A stretch of DNA of 64,000 nt, taken from Escherichia coli (GTDB lineage: Bacteria; Pseudomonadota; Gammaproteobacteria; Enterobacterales; Enterobacteriaceae). A program made the position numbers and the translations under genes. Shown piece by piece: positions 11,256 through 23,244 of the stretch. The notes under the pieces are model-generated. The model did no database searches. It saw nothing but the letters and a program-made list of their open reading frames with translations, and was not told where the DNA came from. How positions within the stretch are numbered: the first letter of the stretch is position 1; each line of letters opens with the position of its first letter. Location of the stretch: assembly GCF_003334355.1 (NCBI RefSeq), contig NZ_QOWP01000015.1. One strand, written 5' to 3'.

Positions 11256-12020
11256 ATGGCGCATCGGCTACTCATTGGTAAAGGAATGATCACCTTGAAT
11301 CTCAAACGGATTTTTCTCGCCCTCACCTTACTTCCCTTGTTTGCTGTTGCCGCTGATGATTGCGCACTCTCAGATCCGACGCTGACCGTACAGGCGTATA
11401 CCGTTAATCCTCAAACAGAGCGGGTGAAAATGTACTGGCAAAAAGCCAATGGCGAAGCGTGGGGAACGTTACATGCTCTGCTGGCGGATATGAATAGTCA
11501 GGGTCAGGTGCAGATGGCGATGAACGGCGGCATCTATGATGAAAGCTATGCGCCGCTCGGTTTGTACATCGAAAACGGTCAGCAGAAGGTGGCGTTAAAT
11601 CTCGCTTCAGGTGAAGGGAATTTCTTTATCCGTCCTGGCGGCGTGTTTTATGTCGCGGGAGATAAAGTCGGCATCGTTCGTCTGGATGCCTTCAAAACCA
11701 GTAAAGAGATTCAGTTTGCGGTGCAGTCAGGGCCAATGTTGATGGAAAACGGTGTAATTAATCCGCGTATTCATCCCAACGTCGCCTCACGTAAAATTCG
11801 TAACGGTGTTGGGATTAATAAACATGGGAATGCCGTGTTTTTGTTGAGCCAGCAGGCGACAAATTTTTATGATTTTGCCTGTTATGCCAAAGCGAAACTG
11901 AACGTTGAGCAGCTGCTTTATCTTGATGGCACGATTTCACATATGTATATGAAAGGCGGGGCAATCCCGTGGCAACGCTATCCTTTTGTCACCATGATTT
12001 CCGTCGAGCGGAAAGGTTAG
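11256..12020 (+). CDS. yigE: DUF2233-family secreted protein YigE
   Basis: 254-aa ORF with N-terminal hydrophobic signal-like segment; synteny. Confidence 0.7.
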   Translation: MAHRLLIGKGMITLNLKRIFLALTLLPLFAVAADDCALSDPTLTVQAYTVNPQTERVKMYWQKANGEAWGTLHALLADMNSQGQVQMAMNGGIYDESYAPLGLYIENGQQKVALNLASGEGNFFIRPGGVFYVAGDKVGIVRLDAFKTSKEIQFAVQSGPMLMENGVINPRIHPNVASRKIRNGVGINKHGNAVFLLSQQATNFYDFACYAKAKLNVEQLLYLDGTISHMYMKGGAIPWQRYPFVTMISVERKG

Positions 12021-12056
12021 AATGATAGTTTTGTGTCAGATACTAAATATGGTGCT

Positions 12057-12093
12057 GATGCCGGATGCGACGTAAACGCCTTATCCGGCCTAC
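12057..12093. repeat. REP element
   Basis: tgatgccggatgcgacgtaaacgccttatccggcctac, canonical REP, between convergent yigE and uvrD. Confidence 0.8.
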
Positions 12094-12165
12094 ATGACGT
12101 TGCAATTTATTGAATCTGAATGATTTTTAGGCCAAATAAGGTGTACAGCACCGCATCCCGCAACG

Positions 12166-14328
12166 TTATACCGTCTCCAGCCGGGCGTAAGCCGCCACCA
12201 GCCATTTGATTCCCTGGCCCTGGAACGCCACCTGCAAACGGCTATGTTCACCGCTGCCTTCCATATTGACGATGGTGCCTTCACCAAACTTAGCGTGGCG
12301 TACACGCTGGCCGAGCTTGTAGCCGCTGTCGTTCTCGACCATCGGCGTACCCATACGCTGATGGCTGACCGGGCGGCTTACCGTGGCGCGCAGGCGCACC
12401 TCTTCCACACACTCTTCCGGCAACTCACCGATAAAGCGCGACGGGCGATGGTAAACCTCTTTGCCATACAGACGGCGAGTTTCCGCGTAGGTCAGCGTCA
12501 GTTTCTGCATCGCACGGGTTACGCCAACGTAGGCCAGACGGCGTTCTTCTTCCAGACGACCGCCTTCATCCAGCGACATCTGGCTTGGGAACATGCCCTC
12601 TTCCATACCGACGATAAACACCTGCGGGAACTCCAGCCCTTTCGCCGAGTGCAGCGTCATCAACTGCACCGCGTCCTGCCAGGTATCCGCCTGCCCCTCG
12701 CCCGCTTCCAGCGCCGCATGGGAGAGGAATGCCTGCAGCGGCATTAAATCTTCGTCTTCTTCGTTGTAGCTGAACTGGCGCGTTGCCGTCACCAGTTCCT
12801 CCAGGTTTTCGATACGCGTCTGACCTTTTTCGCCCTTCTCCTGCTCGTACATGGTGCGCAGGCCGGAGTCTTTAATTACCCGGTCAGTCTGTACATGCAG
12901 CGGCATATCGGCAGTTTCTTGCGCTAAGGCGTCGATTAATTCCATAAATCGCTGCAAGGCGCTGGCAGCTCGCCCGGCGAGGGCTTTTTCCTGCAACAGC
13001 TCACGACATGCCTGCCAGAGTGTTAACTGGCGATCGCGCGATGTCTGACGTACCACGTCCAGCGTCCGGTCACCAATACCCCGCGTTGGCGTATTCACCA
13101 CACGCTCAAAGGCCGCGTCGTCGTTGCGGTTGGCAATCAGGCGCAGATACGAGAGCGCATCTTTGATTTCCTGGCGTTCGAAGAAGCGCATCCCGCCGTA
13201 AATACGGTACGGCATACTGGCCTGCAATAACGCCTCTTCGAGCACCCGCGACTGGGCGTTGCTGCGGTAGAGAATGGCGCACTCGGCAAGCGCTCCGCCG
13301 TTGTCCTGCCAGGTTTTGATGCGGTTAACCACAAAACGCGCTTCATCGAGTTCGTTAAAAGCGCAATAGAGGGAAATAGGCTCACCGTCCGCGCCATCGG
13401 TCCACAGTTTTTTACCCAGACGCCCGTTATTGTTTTCAATCAGGGCGTTAGCGGCGCTCAGAATATTGCTGGTAGAGCGGTAGTTTTGCTCCAGACGAAT
13501 AGTTTCGGCACCGGGGAAATCATTAAGGAAACGCTGAATATTCTCCACCTGCGCCCCGCGCCAGCCGTAGATTGACTGGTCGTCATCACCGACGATCATC
13601 ACTTTGCCGGTGTCGCCCGCCAGCAGGCGGATCCACGCGTACTGAATGTTGTTGGTATCCTGGAATTCGTCCACCAGGATATTGGTAAAACGTTCGCGGT
13701 AGTGTTGCAGGATATGCGGCTTGTTAAGCCACAACTCGTGAGCGCGCAGCAGCAGCTCGGCGAAGTCCACCAGGCCCGCGCGGTCACACGCTTCCTGATA
13801 CGCCTGATACACCTTCTGCCAGGTCTGCTCCACCGGATTACCGTAGCTTTGAATATGATGCGGACGCAGGCCTTCATCTTTCTGGCTGTTGATGTACCAC
13901 ATTGCCTGCCGCGGCGGCCACTGCTTCTCGTCGAGGTTCATGGCTTTGATCAGACGCTTAAGCAGGCGTAGCTGGTCTTCACTGTCGAGGATCTGGAAAT
14001 CCTGCGGCAGATTGGCGTCCATATGGTGCGCACGCAGCAAACGGTGCGCCAGCCCGTGGAAGGTGCCGACCCACATACCGCCCTGGCTCGTGCCCATCAG
14101 TTGCCCGATACGATGACGCATCTCCGCCGCCGCTTTGTTGGTAAACGTCACCGCCATAATCGAGTATGGCGAGCAGTTTTCCACGCTCATCAACCAGGCG
14201 ATACGATGCACCAGTACGCGCGTCTTACCACTGCCCGCGCCCGCCAGCACCAGAAGGTTGCTGCGTGGCGCGGCCACCGCTTCGCGCTGTTTGTCATTAA
14301 GGCTGTCGAGCAGGTAAGAAACGTCCAT
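12166..14328 (-). CDS. uvrD: DNA helicase II UvrD
   Basis: ORF trimmed to 720 aa starting MDVSYLLDSLNDKQREAV; Walker [13 protein letters not shown]1 helicase motifs. Confidence 0.9.
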   Translation of the reverse strand: MDVSYLLDSLNDKQREAVAAPRSNLLVLAGAGSGKTRVLVHRIAWLMSVENCSPYSIMAVTFTNKAAAEMRHRIGQLMGTSQGGMWVGTFHGLAHRLLRAHHMDANLPQDFQILDSEDQLRLLKRLIKAMNLDEKQWPPRQAMWYINSQKDEGLRPHHIQSYGNPVEQTWQKVYQAYQEACDRAGLVDFAELLLRAHELWLNKPHILQHYRERFTNILVDEFQDTNNIQYAWIRLLAGDTGKVMIVGDDDQSIYGWRGAQVENIQRFLNDFPGAETIRLEQNYRSTSNILSAANALIENNNGRLGKKLWTDGADGEPISLYCAFNELDEARFVVNRIKTWQDNGGALAECAILYRSNAQSRVLEEALLQASMPYRIYGGMRFFERQEIKDALSYLRLIANRNDDAAFERVVNTPTRGIGDRTLDVVRQTSRDRQLTLWQACRELLQEKALAGRAASALQRFMELIDALAQETADMPLHVQTDRVIKDSGLRTMYEQEKGEKGQTRIENLEELVTATRQFSYNEEDEDLMPLQAFLSHAALEAGEGQADTWQDAVQLMTLHSAKGLEFPQVFIVGMEEGMFPSQMSLDEGGRLEEERRLAYVGVTRAMQKLTLTYAETRRLYGKEVYHRPSRFIGELPEECVEEVRLRATVSRPVSHQRMGTPMVENDSGYKLGQRVRHAKFGEGTIVNMEGSGEHSRLQVAFQGQGIKWLVAAYARLETV

Positions 14329-14386
14329 TGGCACCGCCGCGTAAAAATAGGTTGGGCGGAGAAGCGCAACGCCCTCCGCCAAAAAG

Positions 14387-14402
14387 CTGGGTATATATAC
14401 AG
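14387..14402 (-). promoter_or_regulatory. LexA (SOS) box upstream of uvrD
   Basis: Minus-strand CTGTATATATACCCAG (CTGT-N8-CCAG) about 60 nt upstream of uvrD start. Confidence 0.7.
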
Positions 14403-14411
14403 ATTTGCTGA

Positions 14412-15128
14412 TTATATCAGCGAGGTCAGAGATGCCAACCGGGAAATTTCCAGATGCGGCAGTAAACGGCTGTCCCAGGTTTGCATCAGATCGCCATTTT
14501 CCGGTCTGATCCAACAAGCCTGCATTCCGCTGCGAATTGCCCCACCCACGTCAGTGGTGAGATCGTCCCCAACATGTAAGATCTCGCCGATCGGCACGTT
14601 GAGTTTTTCCGCAGCCAAAAAGTACATATCGCTGAACGGTTTTGAGCGCCCGTGCGGGCCAGCGCGCAGCACAAACTCAAAATAATCCCCCAAACCAAAC
14701 AGCTCCGGCTGGGCGTTACCGTTGGTGATCGCCACCAGCGGCCATTTCTTCGCCAGCTGTTTTAAGGTGTCGTGAGTTTGCTGCGGGACGTCGATTCGGC
14801 TGCGCCATTTGGCAAAGTTGATCATTGCTGCGTGTGCGCCTGCACTGGCTTCTTCGGCACTCAGCCCGGCGTCGAGCATCGCTTGTTCAATCGAACGAAA
14901 ACGCCAGCGCGTCACGTCGTGATAAATCTCGGGTTCCGCTTCCCGTACCGCCTGGCGCAGGCGTTGCAGATCTTCATTCTGGAAGCTGCGCAGCGCCGGA
15001 TGATAATTTTGCACAAAGGTAAGCGCCTCTCGCTCGGTGCGCAAAATCACCGGACGGTTATCGTAAAGGGTATCATCCAGGTCAAAGGTGAGCGCCGAGA
15101 TGCGCCCCAAAGGCCGGTAAAAACGCAT
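14412..15128 (-). CDS. yigB: HAD-family phosphatase YigB
   Basis: 238-aa ORF with HAD motif I ([11 protein letters not shown]); last gene of dapF-yigA-xerC-yigB block. Confidence 0.8.
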
Positions 15129-16024
15129 TATTTCCCCCGTTTGGCGCGTGGATGCGCCGCATCGTACACCGAGGCAAGGTGTTGAAAATCAAGATGAGTA
15201 TAGATTTGCGTGGTGGAGAGGTTGGCATGACCCAGCAGCTCCTGCACACCACGAAGATCGCCGCTCGACTCCAGCATATGCGTGGCGAACGAGTGACGTA
15301 ATTTATGCGGATGAACGTGATTATTCAGCCCTTGTTTTATGCCCCATTCGGCAAAGCGTTTCTGCACATTACGCGCGGAGATACGCTTGCCCAGTTTCGA
15401 CAGAAAAAGCGCGTCGTCTTCGCTACCAAACAGGTCGCGCAAATCAAGCCAGTGCTCAATCCACGCCACAGCGTTGCGACCAATCGGCAGGCGGCGCTCT
15501 TTGCTGCCTTTCCCCATAACCCACACTTCACCAGACTCCAGGTCGAGGTGTTTAATATCCAGCCCCACCAGCTCAGAAAGACGCAGACCCGCGCCGTACA
15601 TCACTTCCAGCATTGCACGGTCGCGTACAGCGAGGGGATCATTGATATCAATATCCAGCAGCCGATTCATATCGTCGACGTCGATGTTTTTCGGCAGATG
15701 ACGCGGCGCTTTCGGTGCCGAAACACCTTTCGCCGGGTTAGCTTTGAGTTCGTTCTGGCTGACCAGCCAGTCAAAAAAGCTACGTAGCGCAGAAAGCCGT
15801 AACGCCAGACTTGCTGCTCCCAGCCCTTTACGGCGACTGCGTACAGCAAAATTGCGCACCATCGTCACATCACATTGCTGCCAGCTTTGCAGGCCGTTTT
15901 CGCTGGCAAAATTGATGATCGCCTCAAGCTGACGCTGGTAGTTAAGCAGGGTTATCGGGCTAAGCTGGCGCTCCACGCTCAGATAACGTAGGTAGCGTTC
16001 TACATCGGTGTGTAAATCGGTCAT
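15128..16024 (-). CDS. xerC: site-specific tyrosine recombinase XerC
   Basis: 298 aa; C-terminal catalytic R-H-R-Y region ([27 protein letters not shown]). Confidence 0.9.
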
Positions 16025-16728
16025 ACGCGTTCAATCCAACGCTCCAGAAGCTCCGGCAACATCAGCGCAATTTCATGAAGTAACTGCGTTCCTTGCCCTT
16101 GTTGATAGTGACTGGCATCGCGACTGGTAAACAGCACGACACCCAAATCAGCATCGCTTCCCAGCATCGACATCGCCACCGATCCCACCGCTTTCGCTTC
16201 CGGTAGCACCACCAGCAGCTCTGGTCCGTTAAGCGGCCCAAGATAGTGCTGTTCCTGCCCCAAACGCTGAATACGCAGCGGTTCGAAAGACTGACGGCTT
16301 AATGCCAGATGAGTGTGGTTCGACGGCGCACCTAAGCGCCAGCGATCCGGAAACAGGCGCAGACTCGCACCTGCCAGGCCGAGATCGCGCGCCCAGCGGT
16401 GAAAGCGCATCAGCATATCGTCGAGACTGCTGGCGGCGGTGAGACTGCGCTGCAGGTAGAGTAGGCGATAAAACAGGCCTTCGTTGGCGATAGCCTGTTC
16501 CATCAACAGCGCCATGTTCTCTTCCAGAACATGAATATGATTACGTGCGCGGGCCATGTGCCACTCGACCAACGAAACGGTGCCGCGTACCGGATGCGGC
16601 ACACGTATCGCTTCTACTGCGCGCGCATTACGGATAAAAAACTCAGGATTTTTAATCAGATAATCGACAACCGCCCGGTCATCAAGCTCCGTGAGTGTTT
16701 CCTGCAGTTCTTCCCCTGGTTGCTTCAT
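16021..16728 (-). CDS. yigA: DUF484-family protein YigA
   Basis: 235-aa ORF overlapping xerC start by 4 nt and dapF stop by 4 nt. Confidence 0.8.
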
Positions 16729-17549
16729 AGATGAATAAATCCGTCGTAGACATGTACCGCCGGGCCAGTCATATATAACGGGTGACCCGGACCTTTCCAG
16801 GCGATATCAAGACGACCGCCGGGGAGTTCCACGCGTACTTCTTCGGCCAGCAAACCTTGCTGAATCCCTACTGCAACCGCCGCACACGCGCCGCTGCCGC
16901 AGGCCTGGGTTTCTCCTGCCCCACGCTCATAAACGCGTAAACGAATATGCTCGCGCTTAACCACTTGCATAAAACCGATATTGGCGCGCTCCGGAAAACG
17001 CTCGTGGCTTTCCAGAACAGGACCAAGCGTTTCTACCGCCGCGGTATCGACATCATCGACCTGAATCACGCAATGCGGATTTCCCATCGACACCACGCCG
17101 CATAAGATTGTCTGCTCGGCGGCGCGCATAATATAGGTCTTTTCCGCTTTGTTAGCGCGAAACGACACGGCGGAAGGTTCGAAGTTGGGTTCGCCCATAT
17201 TTACGCGGACCAGATCATCATCGGTGACGGTCAGAACCATCCGCCCGTTGGCGGTGCTGACGCGGATATCACGCTTATTGGTCAGTCCTTTCAGACGCAC
17301 AAAACGGGCAAAGCAGCGCGCACCGTTGCCGCACTGCGCCACTTCACTGCCATCAGCATTGAAAATGCGATAGTGAAAATCCAGTTCAGGATCATACGGC
17401 GGCTCAACCACCAGCAGTTGGTCAAACCCTACCCCCAGGTGCCGATCAGCCAGGCGACGAATCAGCTCCGGTGAAAAAAAGACATTCTGCGTTACCGCGT
17501 CGACGACCATAAAATCGTTGCCAAGGCCATGCATTTTCGAGAACTGCAT
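16725..17549 (-). CDS. dapF: diaminopimelate epimerase
   Basis: 274 aa from [17 protein letters not shown]; catalytic Cys motifs (CGNGARC, CGSGACA). Confidence 0.9.
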   Translation of the reverse strand: MQFSKMHGLGNDFMVVDAVTQNVFFSPELIRRLADRHLGVGFDQLLVVEPPYDPELDFHYRIFNADGSEVAQCGNGARCFARFVRLKGLTNKRDIRVSTANGRMVLTVTDDDLVRVNMGEPNFEPSAVSFRANKAEKTYIMRAAEQTILCGVVSMGNPHCVIQVDDVDTAAVETLGPVLESHERFPERANIGFMQVVKREHIRLRVYERGAGETQACGSGACAAVAVGIQQGLLAEEVRVELPGGRLDIAWKGPGHPLYMTGPAVHVYDGFIHL

Positions 17550-17585
17550 CATTTACTCCAATCACGCGGGTACAGAAACTGACTT

Positions 17586-17789
17586 TTAGTAATTCACCTG
17601 GGATGGACCATCGCCAGTGGCGCGATCGTTTTTATCCGGCACCGTGGATTGCGTTTGCGTCTCTACCGGTTTGGTCGGCGGCGGTGCGTTTTTATCTGCA
17701 GGCGGGAAATAGAGCGGACCTTTCAGACCGCAGCCCGTCAGGCTGAAGAGAGTAAGTAATACAGTGAGTGCCTTAAACACGTTTTTCAT
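17586..17789 (-). CDS. lptM: small lipoprotein LptM (YifL)
   Basis: 67-aa ORF with signal peptide and lipobox LTGC. Confidence 0.8.
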   Translation of the reverse strand: MKNVFKALTVLLTLFSLTGCGLKGPLYFPPADKNAPPPTKPVETQTQSTVPDKNDRATGDGPSQVNY

Positions 17790-18251
17790 TATGGATTGCC
17801 TGTAAAGTTCATCGCTTTCTGCTTTCTATCATCGCAGGAGAAGACGTAAAAGCAAGCGTTTAGCGACTCTTTATGAAGTCTGAAAAGTGAGGAAATGCTG
17901 CGAGTATAACGCTTACTCGTGGGGATTTATGTTTTGCTGGTAGTTTCGTGATCGGCACCTCGCGCCAGGATGGCTTTATGCACTATCGCAATGTGGTTTG
18001 TTTGTTGTCTTTTTTAGTTCCGTCAGCGTGAGGATGCTCGCTCGGTAAACCTGATCATAATGTTTACCAGAAACAGGGAAAGACGTGGTGTAACTGCGCC
18101 CTAATGAAGAGACAAATCTTTCGCTACACAGAGACATCATTATTCCGGTGACGGATGAATCGTGCCGGAACGCAGCCGCAGAGGTGCAAACTTTGAAGCC
18201 CTGACCCCATGCCGCTATACTGCCGCCATCACTTAAAAACAGGATACAACA

Positions 18252-18572
18252 ATGAACGACAGTGAATTTCATCGCCTGGCTGATCAACTCTGGCTGACCA
18301 TTGAAGAACGCCTGGACGACTGGGATGGCGACAGCGATATCGACTGCGAAATCAACGGCGGCGTACTGACCATTACCTTTGAGAATGGCAGCAAAATCAT
18401 TATCAACCGCCAGGAGCCGCTGCACCAGGTATGGCTGGCAACCAAACAGGGCGGCTACCATTTTGACCTGAAAGGCGATGAGTGGATTTGTGATCGCAGC
18501 GGCGAAACCTTCTGGGATTTGCTGGAACAGGCGGCGACGCAGCAGGCGGGTGAAACAGTCAGTTTCCGCTAA
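18252..18572 (+). CDS. cyaY: frataxin homolog CyaY
   Basis: 106-aa acidic [32 protein letters not shown]. Confidence 0.9.
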
Positions 18573-18611
18573 GATTGCATGCCGGATAAGCCTCGCTTTC
18601 CGGCACGTTCA

Positions 18612-21158
18612 TCACGAAAAATATTGCTGTAATAGCGGCGTATCGTGATCCTGATTGGCAGGCGGCATGTTACCGATAGATTTTGTGCGGAACGGAATCA
18701 CCTGTTCACGACCATCAACCTTCACAATCTGATAGAACTGCGGCAGGTTGAAGTTGATGAAGCTTGAGCCGTAGGTAAAACGGTCATGCGATGACGAGTA
18801 GAAGCGACTGACGTCACGTACCAGCTCCTCTTTGCTGCCTTCGCAGTGGTGATATACCTCAACCCGGTTGCTTTCGTCGAGAATGTAGATATTAAAGCCA
18901 TTCTCGTCTTGCGTTTCTTCGAAAAAGAACTGGATGATCCCTTCGCTGGCAAAGCCGTCCACCACCGCCGGTAATTTGACGTGATTGGTTTCAACCTGCA
19001 CTGACAGGCCGTGCAGTTTGTTATGCGAAATCGCGCCATAAAACTCGATGGCGTTTTCCAGTTTCTGTACCGATACATTCAGGCGTTCGAAGAACAACCC
19101 CCAGGTTTGACCAGAAACGCGCAGCGCCTTGAAACGCCCGGTTTCCTGGCGGGTGCTGGAAAGACGCAATTCAATACACTCAGAAACCAGTTGCTGCACG
19201 CGAGTACGAATTAAGCCGCGCAGATGCTGGCTATAACAGAAGACTTCCACGCTATCTGGCGGTGCGGCGTCCTGATGCATTTTGCCGAGAATAGTTTTCA
19301 GGGCTTCGATCATCGATTGCTCGCCGTTGAAGTGCAGCGTACGCACTTCGTTCCACGAGTTGCGGTACAGCAGGTCAACGCTACCTACCAGGCAATTTTG
19401 ATTCTCGCCAAAGCTGAAGACATCCAGCTTACGGAAATCGAAATGCACCACCTGATTGCGGAACGCCGCTGTCGGGTCATATTCCAGGTTAACGATAATC
19501 GCCAGATGGCGGATCTCACACGGGCTGTAGAGCGCCTTCGGTGTCGGTGCAGGTAAGCGCAGCGGGAAATGGTGCGACACGTCGGCGACCATCTCCTGCA
19601 ACTTAGGCAAATCGACAATGCCGTTACCTTTAATATACAAACGGGTGCGCGAGGTCAGCAGGCCGTTAAACCATGCCCACGCCACCAGTTTATTCAGGTA
19701 ACGGTTATATTCCAGCGGCTGATGGCTGATGATCGACTCAATATTTGGCGCGCGGTTATACAGATACCAACCTGAACGGTTAGCCCGGCCCGGCGGCACA
19801 TAAATAAAGGTCAGATTCGGTTCCGAGAGATCGGGTGAAATCTGCGGGTTTACCAGCGTCACTTTACCTGGTAATGCTTCAAACGCGGCATACAGCTTAC
19901 GCGTCAGCACGCCGATATCCTGCGGACTGGCGGAGACGCTAAGGTTATTGCGACGCGCAAAGCGGATCAGATTACGGTAGCTCTGCATCATCGCGTCGAG
20001 CAACTCGTTGTGCGCCTCACGCACCTGATCAATCTTCCAGTTAGCGCGGTTATCGAGCATTGCCAGACGAGCTTCGTCCCAACCCCACTCGCTCACTAAC
20101 TGGCTCAACACTGCGCGACGCCAGCCTACGCAGGCGCGTTCACGGCTGAGCTTTTCGCACACTTTTAAATAGAAGCAGCGACGTACTAAATCCAGACGGG
20201 TAAAATCTTCAATCGCCGTCAGGTATTCAGTAACACGCTCCAGCATCATGCAGTATGGATCGAGACCAAACGATACAATCTCGCCGTCGTGCAAACGCTG
20301 TTTGATATCTTTCGCCAGCAGACGTGGGTTCGGGTATTCCCAGGAATAGGCTTCCAGCAGCAGTGTTTTCAGTACCGCTTTGTATGGGGAATCGATACTC
20401 TTGTAGAGCTGCCAAAGGCTGGCACCAAAGTACTCTTCAGCAGAAAGCGAGCTTAAGCCACCGAGATCCAGCCATTCATTTGGCGTCAGCACGCCCTGCG
20501 CGTAAAGCGTCATCACATAGTCGTCGTAATGCTCTTCTTCGTCGCACGGCACCATATTCCACAGAATACGCTTACCGGCGAGACGCACGGCGGTACGATA
20601 AAATTCGTCAAGCAGCAGTATATGCTGGGTGGAGCCACAATCTTCGCCCCCCAGGCTGCCGCTTTCATTATGACGGAAGCGGTTTTCATCAATCAGGAAG
20701 AAGCTGACTTCCACACCCAGCGAGGCGGCCCAGTTTTCCAGCAGGCTACATTTACGTTGTAGCAATTGGCGCTCTTCGCTATCGAGCCAGGATTGATGAC
20801 AGACCCAGATATCCAGGTCAGAGGAACAACTTTGCCCTACGGACGAGGTGCTGCCCATGGTGTATACACCAGTAATTGGAAGCTCACCTTTCGGCGGATC
20901 CTGTACTGACATTCCACGATACAGTTCAAGCTCGTTCAGGTAGTGGCGTTGAGTTTCATCAGGCGTGTAAAGGCAAATGCCTTTGGGAACGTTACCATCA
21001 AGGTAACCCGGCATTAGCGGATGGTGATAGTGCAACAATGTCGGCAGTAGACTGTAGACCTGTTGGAATGCAGGCCCCATAGCAGCAAGCGCGCGATCCA
21101 CACGCAATTGATTTATGGCATCCAGTCTCTGTTTCAGAGTCTCAATATAGAGGTACAA
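18612..21158 (-). CDS. cyaA: class I adenylate cyclase
   Basis: 848-aa ORF; initiation codon at 21156-21158 is TTG on the coding strand. Confidence 0.9.
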   Translation of the reverse strand: MYLYIETLKQRLDAINQLRVDRALAAMGPAFQQVYSLLPTLLHYHHPLMPGYLDGNVPKGICLYTPDETQRHYLNELELYRGMSVQDPPKGELPITGVYTMGSTSSVGQSCSSDLDIWVCHQSWLDSEERQLLQRKCSLLENWAASLGVEVSFFLIDENRFRHNESGSLGGEDCGSTQHILLLDEFYRTAVRLAGKRILWNMVPCDEEEHYDDYVMTLYAQGVLTPNEWLDLGGLSSLSAEEYFGASLWQLYKSIDSPYKAVLKTLLLEAYSWEYPNPRLLAKDIKQRLHDGEIVSFGLDPYCMMLERVTEYLTAIEDFTRLDLVRRCFYLKVCEKLSRERACVGWRRAVLSQLVSEWGWDEARLAMLDNRANWKIDQVREAHNELLDAMMQSYRNLIRFARRNNLSVSASPQDIGVLTRKLYAAFEALPGKVTLVNPQISPDLSEPNLTFIYVPPGRANRSGWYLYNRAPNIESIISHQPLEYNRYLNKLVAWAWFNGLLTSRTRLYIKGNGIVDLPKLQEMVADVSHHFPLRLPAPTPKALYSPCEIRHLAIIVNLEYDPTAAFRNQVVHFDFRKLDVFSFGENQNCLVGSVDLLYRNSWNEVRTLHFNGEQSMIEALKTILGKMHQDAAPPDSVEVFCYSQHLRGLIRTRVQQLVSECIELRLSSTRQETGRFKALRVSGQTWGLFFERLNVSVQKLENAIEFYGAISHNKLHGLSVQVETNHVKLPAVVDGFASEGIIQFFFEETQDENGFNIYILDESNRVEVYHHCEGSKEELVRDVSRFYSSSHDRFTYGSSFINFNLPQFYQIVKVDGREQVIPFRTKSIGNMPPANQDHDTPLLQQYFS

Positions 21159-21544
21159 GACGTATCGCCTGATTTGCTACCCGTCATGACTGTGATTCCG
21201 CCAACATCAACGGTAACACGCGGCATTCGGGATATTTCGTATGTCAAAGGTAACCGTTACCACTTTTCGCGCCTGGTTTTTTTAGTTTCACGACGAAAAA
21301 ATGGTCTAAAACGTGATCAATTTAACACCTTGCTGATTGACCGTAAAGAAAGATGCGCTACATACAAGTGTAGCACCGTTTATTCTCTGTAAATTCCTTA
21401 TTACAACGGCGTGAAACGCCTGTCAGGATCCACTGCCAGACCTCATTTTACGGTTTGCGCAGGCGTCTACGTTTCACCACAACACTGACATCACTCTGGC
21501 AAGGATGTTAGGATGGACCACGGATGATAATGACGGTAACAAGC
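21159..21544. promoter_or_regulatory. divergent cyaA / hemC promoter region
   Basis: About 385-bp non-coding gap between divergently oriented cyaA and hemC; promoter positions not resolved here. Confidence 0.4.
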
Positions 21545-22486
21545 ATGTTAGACAATGTTTTAAGAATTGCCACACGCCAAAGCCCACTTGCACTCTGGCA
21601 GGCACACTATGTCAAAGACAAGTTGATGGCGAGCCATCCGGGCCTGGTCGTTGAACTGGTACCGATGGTGACGCGCGGCGATGTGATTCTTGATACGCCG
21701 CTGGCGAAAGTAGGCGGAAAAGGCTTATTTGTAAAAGAGCTGGAAGTCGCGCTCCTCGAAAATCGCGCCGATATCGCCGTACACTCAATGAAAGATGTGC
21801 CGGTTGAATTCCCGCAAGGTCTGGGACTGGTCACTATTTGTGAGCGTGAAGATCCTCGCGATGCCTTTGTGTCCAATAACTATGACAGTCTGGATGCGTT
21901 ACCGGCAGGCAGTATCGTCGGGACGTCCAGTTTACGTCGCCAGTGCCAACTGGCTGAACGCCGCCCGGATCTGATTATCCGCTCCCTGCGCGGCAACGTC
22001 GGCACTCGCCTGAGCAAACTAGATAACGGCGAATACGATGCCATCATTCTTGCCGTAGCCGGACTAAAACGTTTAGGTCTGGAGTCCCGCATTCGCGCCG
22101 CGTTGCCACCCGAGATTTCTCTTCCGGCGGTAGGGCAAGGTGCGGTGGGTATTGAATGCCGCCTTGATGATGCACGCACTCGCGAGCTGCTTGCCGCGCT
22201 GAATCACCACGAAACTGCACTGCGCGTTACCGCAGAACGCGCCATGAATACCCGTCTCGAAGGCGGATGTCAGGTGCCAATTGGTAGCTACGCCGAGCTT
22301 ATTGATGGTGAAATCTGGCTGCGTGCGCTGGTCGGCGCGCCGGACGGTTCGCAGATTATTCGCGGTGAACGCCGCGGTGCGCCGCAAAATGCCGAACAAA
22401 TGGGGATTTCGCTGGCAGAAGAGCTACTGAATAACGGCGCGCGCGAGATCCTCGCTGAAGTCTATAACGGAGACGCCCCGGCATGA
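21545..22486 (+). CDS. hemC: porphobilinogen deaminase (hydroxymethylbilane synthase)
   Basis: 313 aa from [20 protein letters not shown]; in-frame ATG 21 nt upstream is an alternative start. Confidence 0.9.
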   Translation: MLDNVLRIATRQSPLALWQAHYVKDKLMASHPGLVVELVPMVTRGDVILDTPLAKVGGKGLFVKELEVALLENRADIAVHSMKDVPVEFPQGLGLVTICEREDPRDAFVSNNYDSLDALPAGSIVGTSSLRRQCQLAERRPDLIIRSLRGNVGTRLSKLDNGEYDAIILAVAGLKRLGLESRIRAALPPEISLPAVGQGAVGIECRLDDARTRELLAALNHHETALRVTAERAMNTRLEGGCQVPIGSYAELIDGEIWLRALVGAPDGSQIIRGERRGAPQNAEQMGISLAEELLNNGAREILAEVYNGDAPA

Positions 22487-23223
22487 GTATCCTTGTCACC
22501 CGCCCGTCTCCCGCTGGAGAAGAGTTAGTGAGCCGTCTGCGCACACTGGGGCAGGTGGCCTGGCATTTTCCGCTGATTGAGTTTTCTCCGGGTCAACAAT
22601 TACCGCAACTTGCTGATCAACTGGCAGCGCTGGGGGAGAGCGATCTGTTGTTTGCCCTCTCGCAACACGCGGTTGCTTTTGCCCAATCACAGCTGCATCA
22701 GCAAGATCGTAAATGGCCCCGACTACCTGATTATTTCGCCATTGGACGCACCACCGCACTGGCACTACATACCGTAAGCGGACAGAAGATTCTCTACCCG
22801 CAGGATCGGGAAATCAGCGAAGTCTTGCTACAATTACCTGAATTACAAAATATTGCGGGCAAACGTGCGCTGATATTACGTGGCAATGGTGGTCGTGAGC
22901 TAATTGGGGATACCCTGACGGCGCGCGGTGCTGAGGTCACTTTTTGTGAATGTTATCAACGATGCGCAATCCATTACGATGGTGCAGAAGAAGCGATGCG
23001 CTGGCAAGCCCGCGAGGTGACGATGGTCGTTGTTACCAGCGGTGAAATGTTGCAGCAACTCTGGTCGCTGATCCCACAATGGTATCGTGAGCACTGGTTA
23101 CTACACTGTCGACTATTGGTCGTCAGTGAGCGTTTGGCGAAACTCGCCCGGGAACTGGGCTGGCAAGACATTAAGGTCGCCGATAACGCTGACAACGATG
23201 CGCTTTTACGGGCATTACAATAA
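22483..23223 (+). CDS. hemD: uroporphyrinogen-III synthase
   Basis: 246-aa ORF overlapping hemC stop by 4 nt. Confidence 0.9.
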   Translation: MSILVTRPSPAGEELVSRLRTLGQVAWHFPLIEFSPGQQLPQLADQLAALGESDLLFALSQHAVAFAQSQLHQQDRKWPRLPDYFAIGRTTALALHTVSGQKILYPQDREISEVLLQLPELQNIAGKRALILRGNGGRELIGDTLTARGAEVTFCECYQRCAIHYDGAEEAMRWQAREVTMVVVTSGEMLQQLWSLIPQWYREHWLLHCRLLVVSERLAKLARELGWQDIKVADNADNDALLRALQ

Positions 23224-23244
23224 CTCTCATAACAGGAAGCCATA

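Noticed and set aside
14023-14685. 220-aa plus-strand ORF spanning the uvrD 5' end and yigB 3' end
   Set aside because: Antisense to two well-supported genes and crosses the uvrD promoter and LexA box; no independent support.
17976-18461. 161-aa minus-strand ORF in the lptM-cyaY intergenic region
   Set aside because: Overlaps the cyaY coding start on the opposite strand, has no convincing RBS, and its composition is not protein-like.
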